Assembly (NCBI RefSeq): GCF_006345805.1
Contig: NC_043018.1
Coordinates: forward strand, 29,946,001 to 30,010,000
DNA: 64,000 bases
Origin: Octopus sinensis
Taxonomy: Eukaryota
Direction of reading: 5' to 3'
Shown here: positions 38,451-53,255 of the stretch, piece by piece
How positions within the stretch are numbered: position 1 is the first letter of the stretch
Layout of the letters: each line of letters starts with the position of its first letter
Translations under genes and position numbers: made by a program
Notes under the pieces: generated by a model
Told to the model about the DNA's origin: nothing
Seen by the model: the letters and a program-made list of their open reading frames with translations, nothing else
Databases searched by the model: none

Positions 38451-39177
38451 CGATGTACACCACACATAAAGTAGTTGATCCCATCTAACCTAGACTTCTA
38501 CAAGGTTGACTGGAAATCGGTTCAAGAAGAGATCATAAAAGAAAAAGATGGTCCATAATTTTAGGTTTGGAAACGTAGTCGTGTGAAACTCAAAGATTAT
38601 ATCTGTCATATTCATTAGATTTTTCTCAAAACTAACCGTCAATGCACTCAGAAGCAGTGTTCGAAACAAGACAGTTCTTATGGGACAAAGAAAACGGTCT
38701 CAAATCGCTTAAATAAACAATTTGATAAAATCGAGAAGTCCCAGCTCAAAAAACACACTTTCAGAGATATAAAATAAACACAAGAGTCTCTCATGAATCA
38801 GAAAGAGAAGAAAGAGAAAACAGAGCCATTGAAAATATTAAAATGAAAATTTGCAAAAGAATCTCCGTGGTGCGTTACAAGATAGGGCCACGTTTTGAAG
38901 AAAATGTCTCACTGACTGCAGATCCCATATGAATAAGTGAAATATAAAATACACGATTCTAAAGTGTTACCAGTTGTCCACTTAGGGATATGCATATATA
39001 TGAGCTTCATGAAATCTTGTATAACGAATTACGGGTTCTCTACTAGTAAATAACATATATATATATATATATATATATTTATTTACTTGTAGAGATATAA
39101 TCAATATAAGGGTAGCAAAAAATTCAATAGAAATTTTTTCGCCACCAGCGGTCTACTGAGAAAGAGAAAATAGCCAC

Positions 39178-39224
<47 letters not shown>

Positions 39225-39239
39225 GTTAACATAAACATA

Positions 39240-39402
39240 ACGACGTAAGAAATTTGTAAAGCTAAACGCGAAACCGGTCTTTCTTCTAAACTATGTCATT
39301 GTAAGAAAAAAATTTATAATATTCTTCAGATATATTGACTTAAATATATATTCTTTAAGCTTTTAAAACAAGCCTTCTGTAGTTTTTTCACTTTTTACTA
39401 TT
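39240..39402 (+). mobile_element. Diverged single-arm relative of the 22531-22885 palindrome
   Basis: AAGAAATTTGTAAAGCTAAACGCGAAACCGGTC ... GCCTTCTGT.GTTTTTTCAC; (TA)n on both sides. Confidence 0.75.
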
Positions 39403-39451
<49 letters not shown>

Positions 39452-39639
39452 TTTATACATACATGTATATACATATATCTTATATACATATATATATATA
39501 CATATATGTGTATATATATATATTATATATATATATATATATATATCCATATATATAGAATACATATATATATAATATATATACCTAGATCCTACCCTAA
39601 AAATATTTAAGGTTTTGTGTCTAGAGTTGAAAGGACTAT

Positions 39640-40013
39640 TGTCCTTGCTGCTGTTGAGCGAAGCGGTCTTCGTCCTCTTGGGAGAAGTCTGAAACGTGGT
39701 CCTTTGCTATTAGTAAGAGCCGCAGAAGAGAAAGCAGGTCAACCTCCGACACAGAGAGCATCGACGGATGGATGAATGCGCATCCAGGCTCAGCAGTTGC
39801 ATAGGAAATCGGGTACAAGAAACAGGAAGAAAGAGTGAAAGAAAGTTGGAGCGAAAGAGTACAACAGGGGTCGCCACCACCCCCTGCCGGAGCCTCGTGG
39901 AGCTTTAGGTGTTTTCGCTCAAAAAACACCCACAACACCCGATCTGGGAATCGAAACCGCGACCCTCCGACTGCGAGTCCGCTGCCCTAACCACTGGGCC
40001 ATTGCGCCTCCAC
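39640..40013 (-). mobile_element. SINE family 3 with a longer 3' region
   Basis: Head GTGGAGGCGCAATGGCCCAGTGGTTAGGGCAGCGGACTCGC. Confidence 0.8.
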
Positions 40014-42168
40014 TACTGGTGCTTCTGTGTTTCGTGTTGTCGTTGTGGTAATTGTTCTTCTTGTAGTTATTCTTCTGGTTGATGTTGTTGCTCTTTCCTG
40101 CTGTTGTTGCTGTTGCCTTTCACCTTTTTCGGAGTCGATGAATTAAGTACCAGTTCCGTACTGGGATCGACCTAATCAACTGACAACCCACTCTCCAAAA
40201 CTTTTGGGTCTTGTGCCTAAAGTAGCAAATAATATGCGAGAGTATGAGGGTGAGGTTGTACTATTCCACTCTCAATTTTTTCGTGTCTTGAATATTCTTT
40301 ATTTCTATTCGGCAGTTGCTATTTCTGTTACAACCAATAGGCAGTTGTCAATCCATATATATATATATATAAAATACACACACACATGTATATATCTGTA
40401 CATATATACATATATATATATACACGCATACATATATGCATGTGTATATATATATGTATATACACACATACAAACATACTCGTGAGTGTGGGGTTTATTG
40501 TATTACAGTAATAGCATGCAAGTAAATTTGCTGTATTTCATTTTCCTCTTTCCATGTTTTTTATTACAAATTAGATTTGTCTTCCAATATTCCAGCTTCA
40601 TTTTCTTCCACAACCAAAGAAAAGGAGAAATCTTTCCATCATTATTCTACTAGTTTCAACCATTAACATCAATATATATCTACTTTGTCATACACACAGG
40701 ACTCCTGCGCTCTCTCTTTCTTCTTTCCCTCTCTCTCTTTCTCTCTTCTTTCTCTCTTTCTCCTCTCTCTCTCTCACTTTCCCTCCCTCTTTTTCTCGCT
40801 CCTGTCTTTCTAACATTCTTCTCTCTCAAATTATGTATCGCTGTTTATCTTATTGTTCACCATAGCCTAAACCTTAAACTGAAGGTATTAAGTAACCTGT
40901 TAGAGAGAGGATATCACGTGATATAGCTACACACCACCGCCGCTACCAACGATAACCTATATTGGTTTCAAATTTTGGCACAAGACCAACAGTTTTTTGG
41001 GGGGAGGACTAAGTTGATGACATCGTCCCTAGTTTTCAACTAGTACTTATTTTATCGATCCGGAAGGATAAAAGGCAAAGTCGACCTTCGCGGAATTTGA
41101 ATTCAAACATAAAGACAGATGAAATGCCGCTAAGCGTTTTGCCTTGTGTACTAATGATTCTGCAAGCTTTCTCTTTAACAAGCCTTTTTGCTATAGGCAC
41201 AAGGCCTGAATTTTGTGGGGAGGGGGCTAGTCGATAACATAGATCCTAGTGTTCAACTGGTATGTATTTTATCAACTCTGGAAGCAATAATCATAATCCC
41301 ATCAGACTTTATCCGAATGCTCAAAATATCACTGTTTCTAGACAAACTTATTAATAAAATAAGTCATAGAATCTCCCCTCTAAAAGGATTCGTATATTTC
41401 CATCTAATATTGATTTATCATCTTTAAGGAGACCAACTGACAGACTTGTTCGTACTCACTTCATCCTTCTTTACGTTTGGAACTCCTCTTTACGTTCGGA
41501 ATTCCTCCGTCGTTACGTTCGGAATTTGCCTTTCATCATTTCGGGGTCGATAAAATAAGTACCAGTTGAACACTAGTATCGGTGTATTTGACTTAATCCT
41601 TCCTCTATAATTACAAACCTTGTGCCAAAAATTTTAATCCAATGTTAATTTATCATCTAATAATATTATCAACTAATATTATAAAACAGTCATAGGTTTA
41701 CCCAATCTGAAAAGGTAGACGTATTTAATACAAATTTATCAACTAAAATAAACAAAGATCCTCTTAGTATTTCACCCAATAATACTCTACCAATGCAGCG
41801 TATTCTAAAAAAAAAAATAGAAAAATACATATTTGGTATATTATTTCGTTTTCCTTAGATGTAAAAACACAAGAGCTACGAATTTGTTTTTTCTTTTTCA
41901 TACTTGGGAAATTTTTTGGCCTCATCATAAATATTACTAAATCTTAATAAACCAACCGTCTGGTTATACAACACCAAACTTAACGTATATGACTATAAGT
42001 TGAATAGATACGAATTTTACTTTAAACATTATAACCAAGATAGTAGAAATAATTATATTAGTTGTGTCTGGGGAGAGTCATTTTCTTTTTGTGCCTTATA
42101 ATTTAACACAATCACCGGTAAAATTTCCAAGAATCTTGCAAACCAAATCCAAAAATGAAATAATTATA

Positions 42169-43320
42169 TTAGGTTGTCCGGAAAGTTCTGAGCATTTTAA
42201 GCTAAATCTTTTAACGCTTCATTGAACACACCTGAAACGTGCATCTTTTCTTTGTTCCTGACTAAAAATAGATTTGTCTTTCATTCTGGTTATCTTTTGT
42301 TGACATTTGAAATGGATAACCAAAAATTCCATATTCACGTTGTAATATTTTTCTTTTTTACAAAAGGAAAAAATCCTGCAAAGACTTGCAAAAACATTTG
42401 TGAAGTTTATGGTGATGATGTTGCAGTGGGTGAATCGAAGGTGGTTTGTAAAATTTAAAGCAAGTGAGTTTAGCTTGGAAGATAAGAGTCGCCATCGAAG
42501 ACCTTCAAATTTGGATGAAAATGTTTTCAAGGCAAAAATCGAAAACTCAAATATCACGACTAGAGAACTTGCTGATAAGTTGGAAGTTTCTAAACGTACG
42601 GCCCATGAACACCTAGTGAAGCTAGGATGCATTTCCTGATATAATGCATGGGTCCCTCACACATTCTCAGAAATGAATTGCTTGGACCGGTATTCCGTTT
42701 GTGATATGCTTTGAAACGGAATGAAATCATGCCTATTTTGAATTAAAACTAGAAATGAAAAAATGGATTGTGAACGAAAACGTAGAGCAAAAAAGATCCA
42801 GGCGTTTATCCCCCAAAGCAGCAACCAAAGACGAATATCCATGCGAGAAAAGCCATGCTTTGTGTTTCGGGGAATTTTAAAGGCATTATTTTTTATGAGC
42901 TTCTCCCACAAAACCAGACCATTAATTCTGATGTGTACTGTCGTCAGCTGGCTAATTTGAACCAATGTATCAAATAATTGAGGCCGACGACTGAAAACAA
43001 GAAAGGGGTAGTGTTTAACAAGACAACATGTGTCTTGGGCTACCCGAATAAGGTTACATAAACTTGGCTGAGATCTGTTACCCCATCTACCATATTCTGT
43101 TGATATTGTGCCTTCCAACTACCACTTGTTTTAGTCCCTGCAGAACTCATTGCAAGGGAAAACATTTAATGGTTTATATGGAGTCGAGTCAAAATGCATC
43201 TAGAAAACTTTTTCTTCAAAACCAGTCAAATTTTATGCTGGTGAAATATTTAAATTGCCTGAGATGGACAAGGTTATTAATAATAATGGAAATTATTTCA
43301 TTGAATAAAATTTATTGAAT
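42169..43320 (+). mobile_element. Decayed mariner (DD34D-type) transposon
   Basis: Left TIR like the 35208 element; FFFTKGKNPAKTCKNICEVYGDD, F..SEFSLEDK.R..RP, TTRELADKL.VS, WVPH remnants. Confidence 0.8.
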
Positions 43321-43839
43321 GGTCAAATATTTATATCCCTTTTTGTATATTAAAATATATACAATTCTTTCTACTATAGCCTCAAGACTTGAAATTTTAG
43401 TGAATGAGACTAGTCAATAATGATATTAAGAATGAAATAATGATAATAAGCCCTGATGCAGTACCAGGCGCTGGCTTCTATGGCTTGTGATCTTAATTGA
43501 TAGAAAGTGTTGTCATGTACATAATTTGTCTTGGTATAAAAAATGGGCTACAGCAAATATTCTGCTCAGTACGACAGACTTGCTTCTCAATTCTTTGACC
43601 TTAACCAGTTGAGTATGTCCATTAATGGCTGACAATATGTGCACCTGTGACCGCGCGCAGAAGTAGTGGGTGAGCATCATAACCATGTGTTGAGAGGGAT
43701 TCTTTGGGGTTTTAATAATTCATCTTTGGAAATATGGGTGTTTCGTTCAACATCCTAAAACAACCCTTATTCAGAGACCTTTTGAGCAGGGTGGGCTACT
43801 CAGCCTGAAGAAAATTTTAGACACACAAACATATACACA

Positions 43840-43879
<40 letters not shown>

Positions 43880-43892
43880 CATACATACATAC

Positions 43893-43967
<75 letters not shown>

Positions 43968-43974
43968 ATATATA

Positions 43975-44140
43975 TATATATGACGGGCCTCTTTCAGTTT
44001 CCGTCTACCAAATCCACTCACAAGGCTTTGGTCGGCCCGAGGCTATGGTAGAGGACACTTGCCCAAGGTGCCACGCAGTGGGACTGAACCTGGAGCCATG
44101 TGGTTCGTAAGCAAACTACTTACCACACAGCCACTCCTAC
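43975..44140 (-). mobile_element. SINE family 1, 5' half
   Basis: Family 1 motifs. Confidence 0.85.
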
Positions 44141-44309
44141 GAAATTTTTTTATTTATCTCGTTCAAGTTTATCAATTATGTATCTTTATATATTAATTAA
44201 GTAACTATTTTGGGTGGTGACCTTTGTATTTTAGCTGCAGAAATAGCTGTAGAATTTACGAATGAAATATTGAAATATCAGTGAGATTTTTGTATTTTCA
44301 AGTATATGT

Positions 44310-44345
<36 letters not shown>

Positions 44346-44945
44346 GCGTGTGTGCATGTATGTACGTGTGTCTGTGTTGTGATATGTATATGTGTGCGTG
44401 CGTGTTGCTGTGCATTTGTGTCTGTGTAAGTGAAGTAACAAAGACGGAGAGCTTTTTAAAATGGGTAAATGGAAAGTTTAATGACCTTTATATATTTGAG
44501 ATACAAAGCCCATCAGATGTGAACGAGATAAACAAACGAAGTGCTGTGCTGAAAACTCAACATGACCGGATCTGTGTAAGCTCTTAGTTCTTTATTCTGT
44601 TCACTTCTGACGATCGGCCTTTCTGCTTGAAACATACAAAGCTTACTAAACTTTTCCCTTTCACATCGTATGGAGTTCTCTGCCTTCATTATTTTGTTAT
44701 TTCACATCTGAATTGCAACGCTTCTAGCAAGCTGCAGCGCTCTTCATATCTATATATATATATACATCGTAATATATTTGTCCATCCAACATAGCCCTTA
44801 ATCCTTCAATAACATGAAAGAGACCAGTAAATAATGCGTTTCTGTATAGCGACAATTTAGTCATAATGGGTTTTGGTGAACTCTGTAAAAAAGGGCAAAT
44901 TGAAATACGAACAAAGATATTTTTCCGCTAGCTGTGACATTTCTT

Positions 44946-44949
<4 letters not shown>

Positions 44950-45024
<75 letters not shown>

Positions 45025-45290
45025 TGCTTGCTTTCCCTCTCTCTCGTTCTCTCTCTCCCTCGCTCTTTCTCTCTCTCCATCTCTCTCTCGTTCTCTTTCT
45101 TTCTTTCTTTCTTTCTCTCACTCTCGCTCTCTCTTTCTTTCTTTCTCTTTCTCTCTCGTCCCCTCTCTCCCTCGCTCTTTCTCTCTCTCTCTCGTTCATT
45201 CTCTTTCTTTCTTTCTTTCTCTCTCTCTCTCGTCCTCTTTCTCCCTCGTTCTTTCTCTCTCCCCTCTCTCTCTCTCTCCCTCTTAATATA
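44950..45290. repeat. (CT)n polypyrimidine microsatellite
   Basis: Directly visible. Confidence 0.95.
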
Positions 45291-45618
45291 AATTCAATTT
45301 TCCTCTCCTCGGTTTCATTCTTGTTCACTCTCTTTTCTTTCTCTATCTTCCTCTCTTTCTCTCTTTCTCACTCGCTCACTCCGCCTTACAACTTTTCCTC
45401 CTCTTTCTCCTTGATATTCTTCTCAATCTCCACATTTTTCTTCATCTCTAACTTATTCTTCATCGTCTCATTTCCGTCTTCTCATTTCCATTTTTCCCTT
45501 TTAGTCCTTTTCATTTTTCTTTCTACCTTTCTTTCATTCTTCTTCTATTTTTCCCTTCACTTTACCGCCATTCCATTCTTCCCTTTTCCATTTTAGTATA
45601 TCTCTCCCATTTTACATT

Positions 45619-45653
<35 letters not shown>

Positions 45654-45901
45654 TATATATATATATCTTTCCTTATCCACTTCCATTTTGCTCGCTCTCA
45701 CCTCGATCTCTTCTTCCCCAATAAATTCTTTGACAATTTCATCAAAAAGTAACAACAATTTTGGACACACAGACAGACAAGCTTGCCATTTATGGATGTT
45801 TGCATCTAACAAAAATATTGTTTACAAACTGTCAAAAATAATGTTCCACTTCTACAACTGAACAATGAAAAACATTTCCGATTTCGTTTATTTCATATAT
45901 A

Positions 45902-45947
<46 letters not shown>

Positions 45948-46035
45948 CGTGTGTGTATATATATATGTATGTATGTATATGTATATACGTATATATATAT
46001 ATATATATATAATATATATATATATATGTATGTAC

Positions 46036-46101
<66 letters not shown>

Positions 46102-46197
46102 CGGGAGGCTTTATGAAAATAAACAAAAGACGAAGGCAGGTGGAGTACAAGCAAACAACTGTATTAGTATGGCGCTCAGGAATATAAATAAAACAAG

Positions 46198-46235
46198 TCT
46201 TTTACGTTTCGAGCCTACGCTCTTCAACAGAAAGA
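46198..46235 (-). ncRNA. Hammerhead-like motif, non-canonical core
   Basis: TCTTT-CTGTTGA-A-GAGC/GTAG/GCTC-GAA-ACGT-A-AAAGA; A6 changed to U, extra A before stem II. Confidence 0.4.
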
Positions 46236-46748
46236 TACACAGAAAAGAAACACGGAGAGAAACAAGGAGAGAAAAAAAAATGCGTGCAGAAGCTAGCGAT
46301 TCAACATGGCGATTCTGTATATATATATATACACATATACATATACATATATATATAATATATATATATTATATATATATATATATATTACTCTTTTACT
46401 CTTTTACTTGTTTCAGTCATTTTAGTCGAGCAAATCGACCCCGGGACTTATTCTTTGTAAGCCCAGTCTCTTTTGCCGAACCGCTAAGTGACGGGGACGT
46501 AAACACACCAGCATCGGTTGTCAAGTAATGCTAGGGGGACAAACACAGACACACAAACGCACACATATATATATACATATATATACGACAGGCTTCTTTC
46601 AGTTTCCGTCTACCAAATCCACTCACAAGGCATTGGTCGGCCCGGGGCTAAAGCAGAAGACACTTGCCCAAGATGCCACGCAGTGGGATTGAACCTGGAA
46701 CCAAGTGGTTGGCTAGCAAGCTACTTACCACACAGCCACTCCTGCGCC

Positions 46749-46784
<36 letters not shown>

Positions 46785-47001
46785 AGCGCAGGCGTGGCTG
46801 TGTGATAAGAAGCTTGGTTCGCTATCACACAGTTCTGGGTGCAGTCCACTGCGTGACACATTGGGCGAGCATCTTTTACGTTTCGAGCCTACGCTCTTCT
46901 ATAGAAAGGGAACAGAAAAAAAAACAGGAGAGAAAAAAAAATGCGTGCAGAAGCTAGCGATTCAACATGGCGATTCTGTATATATATATATATATATATA
47001 T

Positions 47002-47040
<39 letters not shown>

Positions 47041-47415
47041 TATATATATATATATTACTCTTTTACTCTTTTACTTGTTTCAGTCATTTTAGTCGAGCAA
47101 ATCGACCCCGGGACTTATTCTTTGTAAGCCCAGTCTCTTTTGCCGAACCGCTAAGTGACGGGGACGTAAACACACCAGCATCGGTTGTCAAGTAATGCTA
47201 GGGGGACAAACACAGACACACAAACGCACACATATATATATACATATATATACGACAGGCTTCTTTCAGTTTCCGTCTACCAAATCCACTCACAAGGCAT
47301 TGGTCGGCCCGGGGCTAAAGCAGAAGACACTTGCCCAAGATGCCACGCAGTGGGATTGAACCTGGAACCAAGTGGTTGGCTAGCAAGCTACTTACCACAC
47401 AGCCACTCCTGCGCC

Positions 47416-47451
<36 letters not shown>

Positions 47452-47640
47452 AGCGCAGGCGTGGCTGTGTGATAAGAAGCTTGGTTCGCTATCACACAGT
47501 TCTGGGTGCAGTCCACTGCGTGACACATTGGGCGAGCATCTTTTACGTTTCGAGCCTACGCTCTTCTATAGAAAGGGACACAGAAAAAAAACAAGGAGAG
47601 AAAAAATGTGTGTAGTGGCTAACGATCTATCATGGCGAAT
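46198..47640. repeat. Recent tandem duplication, ~670-bp unit (hammerhead-like element + (TA)n + SINE family 1 minus + SINE head), two full units and one partial
   Basis: ORFs 46518-46805 and 47185-47472 are identical (667-bp offset); TCTTTTACGTTTCGAGCCTACGCTCTTC occurs three times. Confidence 0.9.
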
Positions 47641-48200
47641 ATATATATATATATATTAGTGACAGAGGCAGAATTAATACTGAGAGGTAACATATATCCA
47701 CACTTAAAAGTGAATGTTCTGTTGGTTTCTTCTAGATGTAGCATGACTTGGGTCTAAGCAAAGAAAAAATACTGTAGCCACGGATATCATAGCTAGGGAT
47801 ATCATTGCTTGTTTACATCTGACGTCTTAATACGAAACGTTGTAGCAACAATCAGTGCTGTCTATGGTTTCTATAGAATATATGTAGAAGCAACCTTAAA
47901 AATAATGAAGCAACTGACTTAGAAAAACATGTAGTATACTTCTTTGTGGATTGTGTTTCCTTAACGAAGTGCCACGTAGCCACGAACCTTTAATGTTTGC
48001 TGAAATAACTGACCAACGTTTGAGCATCAGCGTTACCAGATTGGGAATTGAGACCGAACAGACGCTCATACATAGAAGAGCAGAACAGCAGGGGATATTA
48101 CTGCTACTACACCTACTAAAGTCAAGTACGACGAATAGGCGACTGGGATGTTGATACACATACTAGGGTGAGAGGAAACGTCTACTAATAACCCTATTAT

Positions 48201-48556
48201 CACCTTGATCACCTTGACCAACCAGTCCGTCTGGAGTCGATTTGACACCGCTGGTCACAGCACGCTGTCCACTCCTCTTTGGATCGCACCTTTCTCATCC
48301 ACGTGATCCCAATCGTCCTCCTGAAATCGTAACTCCACCGTCGTGGAGGCCTTCCGGGTGGTCGTTCCCGCTCGCGCGGGTACCACTCGACAACTGCGCA
48401 GGTCCACCGATTATCGGCGACGTGTCCAGCCCATCTAAACTTGCTGCGTGTATACTCTGCGATGACATCCCTCACGCCGGACTTCTTTCTGATGATCTCG
48501 CTACTGATGTGCTCTCTCAATGAGATACCAAGCATTGACCTTTCCATGGCTCTTTG
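48201..48556 (-). mobile_element. RTE-type LINE 3' fragment with 13-bp TSD
   Basis: MERSMLGISLREHI...KFRWAGHV...W.PR..RPPGRPPRRW; (GGTGATCAA) tail; ATAACCCTATTAT at 48188-48200 and 48557-48569. Confidence 0.88.
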
Positions 48557-49136
48557 ATAACCCTATTATAACTTATATTTTATTATAAAATAAAAGGCAA
48601 TAACGCAAATGCTACACGTCAATGCGCAAAATGTGATTATTTAAGGAATTCTGTAATGAATTGTAATGAAGATTTATTTCCCGATGTTAAAATGAAAATT
48701 TTTTGTTTATAATGGAAAGAGAGAAAAATTAGGCTTTCTAAAGAAACATGTAATAATTTTTAAAGAATAAAGAATGTCAAAATTCATATAGGAAACAGCA
48801 GTTCGATCTTTATTGGAAATAGATCAATCATTTAATACACAGATTGCCTATATAGGGTTCCGCTTCACACAATCACGCACGCACACTCATAGATACACAT
48901 GCACACTGACACACATACATATACAATTAAAACATCAATACGTATGCACATGTGATTATATAAATATGTATATATATGTCCATGATTATATATACACATA
49001 TTTATGTAACACATAGATATGTATGCATGTACATAGACATATATTTACATATATATGTGTGTATGTTTGTGTGTGTGTATATATATATTGATACATGCAT
49101 ATAAGTGTGATAAATGTATATATGTATATATTATAT

Positions 49137-49172
<36 letters not shown>

Positions 49173-49180
49173 ATATATTA

Positions 49181-49216
<36 letters not shown>

Positions 49217-49229
49217 TGTATGTATGTAT

Positions 49230-49846
49230 AGGCGCAGGAGTGACTGTGCGGTAAGTCTCTTGCTTACCGACAACCCAACCACACGATTCCGGGTTCAGTC
49301 CCACTGCGTGGCATCTTGGGCAAGTGTCTTCTACTATAGCCTCGGGTCGACCAAAGCCTTGTGAGTGGATTTGGTAGATGGAAACTGAAAGAAGCTCGTC
49401 GTACATATATATACATACATATTCTTTCTTTCTTTCTTTTCTTTTACTTGTTTCAGTCATTTGACTGCGGCCATGCTGGGGCACCGCCTTTAGTCGAGCA
49501 AATCGACCCCAGGACTTATTCTTTGTAAGCCCAGTACTTATTCTATCGGTCTCTTTTGCCGAACCGCTAAGTGACGGGGACGTAAACACACCAGCATCGG
49601 TTGTCAAGCAATGCTAGGGGGACAAACACAGACACACAAACATATACACACACACTTACATATATATATATATATATACATATATACGACAGGCTTCTTT
49701 CAGTTTCCGTCTACCAAATCCACTCACAAGGCATTGGTCGGCCCGGGGCTATAGCAGAGGACACTTGCCCAAGATGTCACGCAGTGGGACTGAACCCGGA
49801 ACCATGTGGTTGGTTAGCAAGCTACTTACCACACAGCCACCCTGCG

Positions 49847-49894
<48 letters not shown>

Positions 49895-50128
49895 TATAAT
49901 ATATATATGTGTGTGTGTATATATATAATGTATGTCTGTGTTTGTCCTCCCACATCGTTTGACAACAGATGTTGGTGTTTTTACGTCCCCGTAAGCTAGC
50001 GGTTCGCTAAAAGACACCGATAGAATAAGTACTAGGCTTACAAAGAATAAGTCCCTGGGATCGATTTGCTCGACTAAAGGCGGTGCTCCAAAATGGCCAC
50101 TGTCAAATGACTGAAACAAATAAAAGAG
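49230..50128. mobile_element. Nested SINE family 1 copies: minus copy 49430-49849 lying between a plus 5' half and a plus 3' half
   Basis: Family 1 motifs. Confidence 0.8.
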
Positions 50129-50237
50129 AATATATTATATATATAATATATATATATATATATAATATATATATATCTGTGTGTGTATGTGTGTTTGTGT
50201 ATCTATGTAACTATATACATATTGATACACGCATATT

Positions 50238-50277
<40 letters not shown>

Positions 50278-51237
50278 TGCAAATATCCATATATATATAT
50301 ATATATATGGTATGCAAGGAGCATTGAACTTGTCCATGTGAGTGTCTATGTACTCATGTCAATATAACTGCAGTAGTTCTCTATCTAATTGGATGTTATG
50401 AACTCTCTAGAACACCTCATTAAAATGACATACTTTATCACTATATATAAAATATATAAATACCTATCTACACAGTTATAAACAGCTACATATATTAACG
50501 AATAAGCACACACACACATACGTGTGCGAGTGTATAGTTGTGTATTTATGTATGAACGCATGCATATATACGTATATGTATATATATGTATCTTTATCTT
50601 CATCGTCCTAAGTTTTATAGCGCAATTTGATGTCTCAAAGTTACATTATTATATGAATTGTGACAGGCATATCTATGTGTGTGTTTATATGTGTGTATGA
50701 GTGTGCCTCTGTGTGGGCAGTATGTGTGTCTCTGTGTTTCTGTGCCAATATGAGTATGTGTATGCGTGTATATTATGTAGCATTGTTGCCTGACCAATCG
50801 TATTAAACTATGACAATTTCTCTTGAAGCAAGGAAAAAACCCAAACATTGGTATAAAATAAGTTTGCGTTGCAGAGTGCAATAAAAAAAACTATTTATTC
50901 CATCTGTATTGTAAAATATGAGGAAATTCAGGAAGCAAGAAGCTCCGCCCTACATGCTTGTGTATGTGTGTGTATATGTCCATGTGTGTGTGTGCCTGTG
51001 TGTATGTGTGTGTGTGTGTGTGCGTGTACATACATAAAGGCAAATCGTGAACGTATATGTGTTTGTGTTTATTGCAATGAGGTGGAAATGTGTAGGCGTG
51101 TTTACGTGTATTTTTGCACACACACCAATACACATTAACAAATCTTCATACCCACACATACACATGCCAGTGTATATGTGCACACGTCAGTGCAAAGATA
51201 TAGACACGTACATTAATTATATACACATATACTCTGC

Positions 51238-51520
<283 letters not shown>

Positions 51521-51971
51521 GATATATATTGATAAAAACGGTAAGATAACAAAAGAAAGAAAGAGACCTCAATATTATATATTATTTTACAGATATAGAT
51601 ATAGATATATAGATATTTTACAACCTAAAGCCAAAATTATAGACGCCACTAAAGTGACAGAGGGTACGAAGGGATCCCAGAATTGCTAGAAATAAGAGTC
51701 AAAATAAATCTATAGCCACAGATAGTACCATTTTAATGACTGGCGGGGGAGACACGCTCCCTATATATGTTATCTTGGTTATCTTTTACCGCCTTGAAAA
51801 ATGTTTAGTCGAATGAATTGACCCCAATACTTTATTTTTAAGCCTGGTAATTATTCTTTCGATTTATTTTGCCAAGCAGCTAAACAACGGGCGTAAACCC
51901 TCCAACACCGGTTGTCAAGCGGTGTCGGGCGACAAAGACTAAGACCGAAATACACACACACACACACATAC

Positions 51972-52041
<70 letters not shown>

Positions 52042-52047
52042 TATATA

Positions 52048-52085
<38 letters not shown>

Positions 52086-52313
52086 GGCAAGCTTCATTCA
52101 TTCCGTCTACCAACTCCATTCACATGGCTTAAGTCGGCCCGAAGCTATAGTAGAGACATTTGCTCAAGATTCCACGCAGTAAAGCCAAGCCCAGTACCAG
52201 GGGAAGCAAGCTTTTTAAGGCACAGCTACTTTGCATCTATATCCCTTTATCTTTATATATACATGTGTGTTTGTGTATGTATATATATATATATAAATAT
52301 GCAAATATTTATA

Positions 52314-52347
<34 letters not shown>

Positions 52348-52480
52348 TAATAATAATAATAGGGAGTATAACTCCAAACTTACAGGGAAAAACTTAGTTA
52401 TTATATAATATTTATCATTCATTTTATACTTTTTGCAAAAAAAAAAATAAAAATTTATATATATATAAAAGAGTAAAGAG

Positions 52481-52518
<38 letters not shown>

Positions 52519-52528
52519 ATATATATAT

Positions 52529-52832
52529 CACGTGATCACGTGACCGACCAGACCATCAGATGTTGTTACACATCGCTGGTCACAATGCGTTCGCATTGTT
52601 TTAGCCTTCGAATGACGCCACCTCGCTGGCTAAGCGAGCAGGCCAACAGAAGAAAGAGTGGGAGAAAGAGTGGTGGAAGAGTACAGCAGGGATCACCATC
52701 CCCTGCCGGAGCTTCGTGGAGCTTTAGGTGTTTTTGCTCAATAAACACTCACAAGGCCCGGTCTGGGAATCGAAACCGCGATCCTACGACCGCGAGTCCG
52801 CTGCCATAACCACTGGGCTATTGCGCCTCCAC
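52529..52832 (-). mobile_element. SINE family 3, full-length, in (TA)/(CA) repeats
   Basis: tRNA-like head; ends CACGTGATCACGTG. Confidence 0.85.
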
Positions 52833-52879
52833 ACACACACACACACACACACACATACATATGTATATATATATATAAT

Positions 52880-52965
<86 letters not shown>

Positions 52966-53255
52966 TAATTATATATATTATTTGTTATTTATCTATTGGT
53001 TATTTATCTATTGGTTATTTATCTATTGGTTTATGTCCATCACTGTTTGTGTTGCATAATAGTGGATTTATCTAATTCATATTTTATATATACATATATA
53101 TATATATATGTGTGTGTGTGTGTTTGTGTGTGTATGTATATGTATGTATATATAATGAAGAAAGTGGGAAAATCCTTCAAATGTGATACAAATATGCAGT
53201 TTGGCACAGCTATGATTTAAAACATGCTCTTCAAGATAGACAAGATAGCTAACGG

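Noticed and set aside
39085-39185. (TA)n-flanked insert with GGCGAAA on the minus strand
   Set aside because: No CUGANGA core in a usable position
47810-47850. CTGACGT...CGAAACGTT hammerhead-like string
   Set aside because: A9 mutated, no stem II, weak stem I
47896-48248. Hydrophobic short ORFs next to the RTE fragment as a host exon
   Set aside because: No recognisable domain, stops in the adjacent frames and no clear splice sites
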